From: Terracidiphilus sp.
Lineage (GTDB): Bacteria; Acidobacteriota; Terriglobia; Terriglobales; Acidobacteriaceae
Direction of reading: 5' to 3'
Length of the DNA: 64,000 nt
NCBI GenBank assembly: GCA_035504315.1
Contig: DATJSB010000280.1
Location: forward strand, 2,857-66,856
This document shows, piece after piece, positions 57,567 through 64,000 of this stretch. Made by a program: the position numbers and the translations under genes. The number at the start of each line of letters is the position of its first letter. The stretch's first letter is position 1. Below the pieces are notes generated by a model, which was given only the letters and a program-made list of their open reading frames with translations, had not been told where the DNA came from and made no database searches.

Positions 57567-58169
57567 TTAGAAGTGATACGCCACGCCGACGGTCGGAATG
57601 GAAATCTCGTACCAGCGGTTGGTGGTGAACTCAGAGTAGTCGAAGGTGGGGACCTTGGTGGCAAATCCGCGATACTCGGCGCGAATGTCGAAGCTGGGGC
57701 TGACTTCGTAGGCGAAGCCGGCCCCGAAGATTGCGCCAACCTCAATCTGCTGCTTGACGTCCTTAGTGTTAGTTCCCGAGTTGACGATGGGCAGGAAGAT
57801 GAATGCGCCGGGACCTCCCTCAACAAACGGGTTCCAGTTCTTGTATACGAACGACTTGACGAAGGCGCCCGAAATCTCCTGGGTACGGGTGAGCACGTGG
57901 TAGTGGTAGGGATTGATGTAGAAGGAGATGCTGTTCTGATAGGTGATACCGTAATTGGCTTCGAGGGCGGTGGTGGGCGTAAGCATAAAGCGGTAGCTGC
58001 CGAGAGCGCCATAAGCCGGGGACGCGCTTTCCTGAACGGTTGTGGAAGATGTCCGGAACGGCTCAATGAGCCCGATTCCACTGAGGCTGAAGTCCTGACG
58101 GCTTTCCTGGGCGTGGCATGCGGCAACAGTTGCGGCCAGCAGAATGGCTAACGAGGCGATCTTCTTCAT
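57567..58169 (-). CDS. Outer-membrane beta-barrel protein (paralog of 27033-27752)
   Basis: Signal MKKIASLAILLAATVAACHA; NPFVEGGPG, FGAGF...IRAEYRG...KVP; terminal VAYHF. Confidence 0.82.
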   Translation of the reverse strand: MKKIASLAILLAATVAACHAQESRQDFSLSGIGLIEPFRTSSTTVQESASPAYGALGSYRFMLTPTTALEANYGITYQNSISFYINPYHYHVLTRTQEISGAFVKSFVYKNWNPFVEGGPGAFIFLPIVNSGTNTKDVKQQIEVGAIFGAGFAYEVSPSFDIRAEYRGFATKVPTFDYSEFTTNRWYEISIPTVGVAYHF

Positions 58170-58349
58170 TCGGTCCTGAACCTCACCCCAGCGCAGCCTT
58201 CGGGCCGGCAAAGGGCATGTGATTTGGGCGCTCCGTATCCTCCGGGCCCCACTCTCTGCATTGTAACTGCCCGGAGTGGCCCGGGAGACTCGCGCGCTTG
58301 CGGAATTGCCTGATCGATAGACGCACGGCGCGCAATTCGGGTGCTTGGG

Positions 58350-58476
58350 CAGTAGCCAGTGGCCAGTAGCCAATAGCTTCAGGGCCGTGGTTCGTGATTC
58401 GTGATCCGAGGCTCGTAGCTACAGTCTGCTGACGAAAATTCTCTGAGCGACCCTCAGTCCCTAGTCCCTAGCCCCT
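58350..58476. repeat. Three short heptamer tandem arrays
   Basis: CAGTAGC-like x4 (58350-58377), CGTGATT-like x5 (58386-58420), AGTCCCT-like x3 (58456-58476). Confidence 0.75.
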
Positions 58477-58480
58477 GCGT

Positions 58481-59407
58481 TCATCCCCCCGCTCGCTCGA
58501 CATGGTAGTAAAAGGGTGGACCCTGATCTCTGGCCAGCCGCCGCAACGTGCGCAGAAATGCCTTGGCCGCGTACGAGAGCGTGGCCTGCCTGCGGCACAC
58601 CAGCCGCAAAACGCGCTTGATCTCGAGCTCGTCAACGGGAATTCTGACGAGCTCGCCCATTTCGAGTTCGCGAGCCACCGATATGTGCGGCACCAGGGCC
58701 ACGCCGTTGCCCATGGCCACAAAGCGCTTGATAGCCTCGATAGTGGGCAACTCGATGCCCATATTCAGAGGGGTACGGTGGCGCTGAAAGGTCTCGATGA
58801 CCCTGCGCCGCAGGGGAGAAGCGACATTATGAGCGATGAAGATTTCGTTGCCCAGATCGTTGATGGAGACCCGCGGCGAGCGCGCCAGAGAGTGATGCGG
58901 GCTGACGATGAAATCCAGGCTGTCGCCGTAGACGGCAATGGTGCGGAACTGCTCAGGGTCAGGACGGAACGAGATGACACCGAGCTCGAAACTGCGCAGC
59001 AGGAGCTCGTCAGGAATGCGCGACGCGAGCATCCGATGCACCGTTACGCTTACGTGCGGCGCCTCGCGCCGGAAAGCGTCGATGGCCTGCAAGAGGTACA
59101 TGCAGGTGTACTCGTTGGCAGCCAGTTGCAGCCTGCCCCGCTCCAGATTCTTGAGTTCGTCGAGCGCGCTCGAGGCTTCGCGCCGCAATGCCAGCAGCCT
59201 TTGCGCGTAATCGAGCAGCAAGACGCCCGGGGCTGTCAGCGAGCCGTCGCGCGTGGCACGATCAAAAAGCGTTTCGCCCACTGCCTCTTCGAGCTTGCGG
59301 ATCACCTGGCTCACCGCCGGCTGCGTGCGGTGCAGCCGCACCGCCGCGCGGGAGAAACTTTTCTCCTCGGCGACGGCCAGAAAGGTTTCGAGCTGGTTGA
59401 GTTCCAT
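58481..59407 (-). CDS. LysR family transcriptional regulator
   Basis: LETFLAVAEEKSFSRAAVRLHRTQPAVSQVIRKLEE..GETLFDR. Confidence 0.95.
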   Translation of the reverse strand: MELNQLETFLAVAEEKSFSRAAVRLHRTQPAVSQVIRKLEEAVGETLFDRATRDGSLTAPGVLLLDYAQRLLALRREASSALDELKNLERGRLQLAANEYTCMYLLQAIDAFRREAPHVSVTVHRMLASRIPDELLLRSFELGVISFRPDPEQFRTIAVYGDSLDFIVSPHHSLARSPRVSINDLGNEIFIAHNVASPLRRRVIETFQRHRTPLNMGIELPTIEAIKRFVAMGNGVALVPHISVARELEMGELVRIPVDELEIKRVLRLVCRRQATLSYAAKAFLRTLRRLARDQGPPFYYHVERAGG

Positions 59408-59415
59408 AAACCCCC

Positions 59416-59632
59416 CAGAGAACAGAGAACAGAGAACAGAGATCAGAGATCAGAGATCTGGGAACAGGAATCAGGGAACAGTGATCAGGCCGATCTCAAT
59501 TGAGCTCTTACCCTGTTCAAGCGCCTGAATACACCCAGCCTCGAATTAAAGTTGATGTCTTTAGCTTCGCAGCGAAAAAACTGATCTCTGTTCTCTGATC
59601 TCTGTTCTCTGATCTCTGATCCCTGACCCCTG
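59416..59632. repeat. Two inverted heptamer arrays (CAGAGAW) flanking the LysR/UbiD divergent promoter
   Basis: 10 units at 59416-59485 and 7 reverse-complement units (WTCTCTG-like) at 59584-59632. Confidence 0.85.
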
Positions 59633-59660
59633 TCTGCTGGCTTACCATGATTGAGGAACG

Positions 59661-61385
59661 GTGACCACCGGACGGAGCGACGCCTTGGCCTACGACGATC
59701 TGCGCGACTGGATCAAAGCCCTCGAAAAGCACGGCGAGTTAAAACGCATCAGTGAAGAGGTCTCGCCCGAGCTCGAGATCACCGAGATCACCGACCGCGT
59801 CTCGAAGATCGGCGCGCGGGGTAAAGCAGAGACCAGAGAGCAGAGATCGGAGATCAAAGACGCCGGGCCCGCGCTCAACGAGAAATACGCCCCCGGCGGA
59901 CCGGCGCTGCTGTTTGAAAACGTCACGGGGCACCCCGGCCACAAAGTTCTCATCAATCAGTTTGGATCGGAGCGCCGGATGGCCCTGGCCCTCGGCCTCA
60001 ATCCGGATGTTGACCGGCTCGATCGGATCGCCGAGCGCATTCAGACACTGTTGAATGTCAAGCCGCCATCGGGCGGCCTTTTCGACAAACTCAAGATGCT
60101 GCCGCAATTGGCCGAGCTCGCAAACGTTTTTCCCAAGACTGTTTCTGCCAGGGACGCGCCGTGCAAGGAGATGATCCGGCGCGAAAAATTCAACCTGAAC
60201 TATTTCCCGATCCTCAAATGCTGGCCGCACGATGGCGGCCGCTTTATCACGCTGCCCTGCGTGCACACCCGCGATCCCGGAAGAGGAGAGGGCCCCGGCA
60301 AGCGCAACATCGGCATGTATCGCATGCAGGTTTACGACGGCCAGACCACCGGCATGCACTGGCAGCGGCAAAAAGTCGCGGCCGAGCATTATCGCAATGC
60401 CCTGCGTGCCGCGGCGATTTGGAAGGGAGACGAGGCTGGTTCGGAAAGCGCGCGCATAGCCATGATGGCCGAATCTGCCGGTGGCGCAGTCAGCATCCCC
60501 GATGGCCCCATCGGCGGCTTGCCGCAGGTCTCGCTTGGAAACCTGAAAGGCTCGCGACTCGAGGTCGCCGTCGCCATCGGCACCGATCCCGCCACCACAT
60601 TCTCCGCCATCGTCCCCGCGCCGCCTGAAGTCGAAGAATTTATGATTGCGGGCTTTTTGCGCGGCAAGCCGGTGGAGATCGTGAAGTGCGAGACCGTCGA
60701 TCTCGAGGTGCCGGCCGGCGCCGAGATAGTTCTCGAGGGCTACGTGGAGCTCGGAGAACTTCGCCCCGAAGGCCCCTTCGGCGACCACACCGGCTTCTAC
60801 ACCCTCGAGGATGAGTACCCGGTCTTCCATCTCACCTGCATCACCCATCGCAAAGATCCCATCTACGCGGCAACCATCGTGGGCAAGCCGCCCATGGAAG
60901 ATGCCTGGATGGGCCGAGCCGTCGCCAGCATCTTTCTGCCGGCCATGAAGATGACTATCCCGGAACTGGTCGACATCAATCTGCCCGTCGAAGCTGTGTT
61001 TCACAACCTCATGATCGTGTCCATCCGCAAAAGTTATCCCGGGCAGGCGCGCAAAGTGATGAGTGCCATCTGGTCGCTCGGTCAGGCCATGTTTACCAAA
61101 TGCATCATCGTGGTTGACGAGGACTGCGACGTGCAGAACATCGCCGAGGTGGTGCTGAGGGTCGCTAACAACATCGATCCCGAGCGCGATATCCAGTTCA
61201 CGCTGGGGCCCATCGACTCCCTCGACCACGCCAGCCGCCTGCCCAACTACGGATCGAAGATGGGAGTGGACGCAACGCGCAAGTGGAAGGCCGAAGGATT
61301 CGAACGGCCGTGGCCGGCGATGATTGAGATGGATCGCGCCACCAAGGCCAAAGTGGACGCCATGTGGGCCAAGCTGGGGCTGTAG
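59661..61385 (+). CDS. UbiD-family decarboxylase (MqnL-like, menaquinone futalosine pathway)
   Basis: GPALLFENV, NQFGS, WPHDGG.FITLP, NIGMYRMQ, EGPFGDHTGFY, GKPPMED, SKMGVDATRK. Confidence 0.92.
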   Translation: MTTGRSDALAYDDLRDWIKALEKHGELKRISEEVSPELEITEITDRVSKIGARGKAETREQRSEIKDAGPALNEKYAPGGPALLFENVTGHPGHKVLINQFGSERRMALALGLNPDVDRLDRIAERIQTLLNVKPPSGGLFDKLKMLPQLAELANVFPKTVSARDAPCKEMIRREKFNLNYFPILKCWPHDGGRFITLPCVHTRDPGRGEGPGKRNIGMYRMQVYDGQTTGMHWQRQKVAAEHYRNALRAAAIWKGDEAGSESARIAMMAESAGGAVSIPDGPIGGLPQVSLGNLKGSRLEVAVAIGTDPATTFSAIVPAPPEVEEFMIAGFLRGKPVEIVKCETVDLEVPAGAEIVLEGYVELGELRPEGPFGDHTGFYTLEDEYPVFHLTCITHRKDPIYAATIVGKPPMEDAWMGRAVASIFLPAMKMTIPELVDINLPVEAVFHNLMIVSIRKSYPGQARKVMSAIWSLGQAMFTKCIIVVDEDCDVQNIAEVVLRVANNIDPERDIQFTLGPIDSLDHASRLPNYGSKMGVDATRKWKAEGFERPWPAMIEMDRATKAKVDAMWAKLGL

Positions 61386-61429
61386 CAGTGTAACGATTAG
61401 TGCGGTATGCTGTCCGATAGAAGGATCGC

Positions 61430-61909
61430 ATGATTCTGCACGACTGGTTCGACTGGTCCAATTCGGGAGTCGGAGTGACGGGGCTGGCGCTGACTGTTGG
61501 GGCCATTTGGCAGGCTACGGGTGCCAAGAATGCCGCGCGAGAGGCTCGGGAGGCCGTTCATCAGCGGAATGCAGCTGATTCTTTTGCCGAGATTATGCGG
61601 CTTGCCGAGCAGTTTACTACTTGGGTTGAATGTGAACGATGGGCCGAAGCTGTGGTCCAGATTCGGGAAATATCTCTTCGACTGGCTCGCGACAAGGGAG
61701 AGTTCTCTCGCTTTCTTGACTCGGACGCGGATAAATTGGAAGAAGTCGAGTCCGATTGCAGGAAGTTGGCTGGTCTGCTTCACGGAGGTGCATTTCCGCT
61801 TGGTTCGAGGGCAAAGAGGGACCTGTTTAATGACTCGCTCGCAATTGCTCATGAAATAAGCGGCATTTTGGGCCGCATTCGAGCCAGGGCTGAGATGGAG
61901 GGCAAATGA
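61430..61909 (+). CDS. Hypothetical protein with N-terminal TM helix
   Basis: 159 aa, RBS GAAGG, hydrophobic segment at about residues 10-28, helical remainder. Confidence 0.7.
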   Translation: MILHDWFDWSNSGVGVTGLALTVGAIWQATGAKNAAREAREAVHQRNAADSFAEIMRLAEQFTTWVECERWAEAVVQIREISLRLARDKGEFSRFLDSDADKLEEVESDCRKLAGLLHGGAFPLGSRAKRDLFNDSLAIAHEISGILGRIRARAEMEGK

Positions 61910-62283
61910 GCGAAAAACTTGACCAATTGGCGCAAGAACTCCTGGAAAAGACACGCAACAATAAGCTCGGTTGGATAGAGGTTGAGTCCCAAAGCGACCG
62001 AGAGGAGTTTTCTGTCGCCTTGGAGAAAGAATACAGCTTCCATATCGTTCGGGTGGTATCAGGTGAATACCGCACCATCGCGCTTCAATTGTGGAGAAAC
62101 CAATTCCCGAGGCTTGAAGCGACGGCCCGCAATTGGCCTAGCGTAGGAGCGGGCGAGGACATGCAACAGGTCGTGAAGAAATTCCGGCTTTATAGCGACT
62201 TGTTCGACGCGGTTCGGGAGAGCGTGTACGGCAGCGACGAGACACTGGGCGAGGTCGAACAACTTCTCAGGAAAATTGGTTGA
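61906..62283 (+). CDS. Hypothetical protein
   Basis: 125 aa, GGAGG RBS, ATGA overlap with the upstream ORF. Confidence 0.7.
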   Translation: MSEKLDQLAQELLEKTRNNKLGWIEVESQSDREEFSVALEKEYSFHIVRVVSGEYRTIALQLWRNQFPRLEATARNWPSVGAGEDMQQVVKKFRLYSDLFDAVRESVYGSDETLGEVEQLLRKIG

Positions 62284-63293
62284 GCGCGGCAAAGATCAGC
62301 TTGTTCTTCATACTTGTAGCGGTCGCATATCGAGCGTACGCGCAACCCGCTGTGCAGGCAACTCCCCCGCAGCAGTCGCATTCCGCACCGCCGGGGCCTC
62401 CTCCCGTCGATGAACCCGCCAAAAAGGCGATGAAGAATCACGCCGAGTACGAAGCCTACACCTCTGCCGTCAAGATCGCAGATCCCTCCGCGCGCGCCAC
62501 TGCGCTCGAAGCCTTTGCGCAGAAGTATCCGCAAAGCGTGGCCGTTGCCCAGGCGCTTACTGAGGCGCTCGCCGCCTGGCAGGAGGCCGGGAACCGCGAC
62601 CAGGTTGTGGACACCGCCAAACGGCTGCTCGTCGTTGAGCCAACCAATATTCGCGCCATGGCGATTGTGGTGGCGCTCGATCGCGCCAAAGCCGCTCAAT
62701 TGGACCACGTTGATGCGGGGTTGATGAACGAGATCTGCCAATTCTCAGCCAGCGGCCTCAACGAGTTGTCAATTTGGCGAATGCCGGCCGGAATGACCGC
62801 CGCGCAGTTTGCCGCAATGCGCAACGGCATGACCGTTATCTTCAACGGCGGCGCGGGCACTTGCGCGTTGAGTCAGAACGACGTCGCCAAGGCGCGCGAA
62901 ACTCTCAGCGCGGCCGTCGCGCTCGACAGCACCGACCTCCAAAGCCTCTGGCAGCTTTCCATCATCGATCTGGAGTCCAGCCCGGTCGATGCGAATGGCT
63001 TCTGGTACTGCGCCCGGGCAATCGCCATCGCCAGACGGGGACAGAACCAGCCTGCCGCTGAAACGGCAACCGGCTACTGCAACAGGAAGTACACCGCATA
63101 CCACGGCTCGCCCGATGGGTGGGACCCGATCCTGGTTGCCGCACAATCGCAGGACACCCTGCCGGCCGGTTTTGCCAAGCTCATTACGCCTTCTGAGAAT
63201 CCCAAATCAATGACCACGCCCACCGAGCCGGCAATCAACCTCTTGCCGCAGCCCGCCGCGCCGCCCGCAACCCCAACCTCGCCGCAGCCGTGA
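62280..63293 (+). CDS. Exported TPR-like helical repeat protein
   Basis: Signal peptide ending AYA-Q; LEAFAQKYPQS, AKRLLVVEPTNIRA TPR-like helices; Pro-rich ends. Confidence 0.72.
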   Translation: MSAAKISLFFILVAVAYRAYAQPAVQATPPQQSHSAPPGPPPVDEPAKKAMKNHAEYEAYTSAVKIADPSARATALEAFAQKYPQSVAVAQALTEALAAWQEAGNRDQVVDTAKRLLVVEPTNIRAMAIVVALDRAKAAQLDHVDAGLMNEICQFSASGLNELSIWRMPAGMTAAQFAAMRNGMTVIFNGGAGTCALSQNDVAKARETLSAAVALDSTDLQSLWQLSIIDLESSPVDANGFWYCARAIAIARRGQNQPAAETATGYCNRKYTAYHGSPDGWDPILVAAQSQDTLPAGFAKLITPSENPKSMTTPTEPAINLLPQPAAPPATPTSPQP

Positions 63294-63368
63294 TGCGCTG
63301 AGTCTTCGCCGCCTCGCTCGGGTTGGCGCATGGCCGCGTCCCATCCCCTAAACTGAATTCTGTCTCCC

Positions 63369-64000
63369 ATGCCTGCGTTTTGCGAAGTCGCGTTGCCGCT
63401 GCCGCTGGACCGCACGTTTACCTATGCGGTGCGCGATGGTCAGACTCCGCAACGCGGGGCGCGCGTCATCGCTCCCTTCCGTAACGAGAAGCTCATCGGA
63501 GTGGTAACCGCGCTCGACGCAAAGCCTGAGGGAGATTTCGAGACCCGCTATATCGAGGCCGTCCTCGACGATGAGCCGATCGTAAGCGATCAACTGCTGG
63601 AACTCGCTGAATGGATCGCGCAGTATTACCTGGCTCCGCTGGGCGAGGTGCTGCGGGGCATGCTGCCGCTGGTCGCCGAGGTGCGCCGCACCGTGTATTA
63701 CCGCATCACCGACGCCGGCCGGGACGCGCTGGCAACGATGGTGGAGGGGCACGCTGAGGACAGTCCCCTGAGCGAACCTCCCTCCCACCCTCGCGACCAG
63801 GACAAAGACCTCGCCAGGATGAGACGCCCCGATTTCACTTCAGCTCAGGATGACCTCCCGAAAAAGCCAAGAGGCGGGACCCGCGCCGAAGGACACGAGA
63901 TGCATTTTCGGGTGCTGAAACGTCTCGCCGAAGGAGAACCGGTGAAGGTGTCGATGCTGCGCACCGCCACCGCTGTTTCACTCCCGATGCTTGCCAGCCT
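63369..64000 (+). CDS. priA: Primosomal protein N' (5' part, runs off the window)
   Basis: Manual translation MPAFCEVALPLPLDRTFTY...GARVIAPFRNEKLIGVV...LAEWIAQYYLAPLGEVLRGMLP: PriA 3'-DNA-binding domain. Confidence 0.92.
   Translation, partial: MPAFCEVALPLPLDRTFTYAVRDGQTPQRGARVIAPFRNEKLIGVVTALDAKPEGDFETRYIEAVLDDEPIVSDQLLELAEWIAQYYLAPLGEVLRGMLPLVAEVRRTVYYRITDAGRDALATMVEGHAEDSPLSEPPSHPRDQDKDLARMRRPDFTSAQDDLPKKPRGGTRAEGHEMHFRVLKRLAEGEPVKVSMLRTATAVSLPMLAS
63763..63854. repeat. Palindromic element inserted in frame in priA
   Basis: Terminal inverted arms GTCCCCTGAGCGAA and TTCAGCTCAGGATGAC around CCCACCCTCGCGACCAGGACAAAGACCTCGCCAGGATGAGACGCCC. Confidence 0.65.

Noticed and set aside
58170-58340. 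Possible riboswitch upstream of the small barrel gene
   Set aside because: One GC-rich hairpin (CCCGGGCCACTC/GAGTGGGGCCCGG) but no recognisable aptamer consensus.
59416-59632. CRISPR-like periodic repeats
   Set aside because: The units are contiguous 7-mers without unique spacers, and no cas genes are present.

Overview
GC-rich bacterial chromosomal window whose gene families point to Acidobacteria, probably Acidobacteriaceae: ADOP duplicated permeases, TIGR03435/DUF3738, acidobacterial VWA and GWxTD proteins. The left 27 kb is an envelope supercluster. A minus-strand operon (MacA-like adaptor, one ABC ATPase, at least five ADOP permeases) diverges from four tandem TIGR03435 genes, an Oar/TonB-receptor-like barrel, a VWA protein and a sixth ADOP permease. 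Both permease promoters show sigma-54, IHF-like and enhancer elements and share an identical 18-bp motif. The rest encodes two S53 (sedolisin-type) proteases, RNase J, a second adaptor/ATPase pair, a GWxTD-barrel pair, a sugar-oxidation trio, a BNR propeller with a MoaD/ThiS-like protein, TetR/SRPBCC, plsY-gpsA, UbiA- and UbiD-family menaquinone genes, a DUF433/PIN toxin-antitoxin-like pair, pheA, LysR and the start of priA. Best candidate for an undescribed system: the larger S53 protease ends in an Ig-like repeat split by a transmembrane hairpin and an internal lipoprotein signal (LTA-C). This suggests C-terminal lipopeptide anchoring by strand complementation. Also notable are palindromic and heptamer repeats inserted in frame in priA and the UbiD gene, and a hairpin-dense intergenic region that may encode an ncRNA. 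All calls are by eye, from motifs; no database searches were run.
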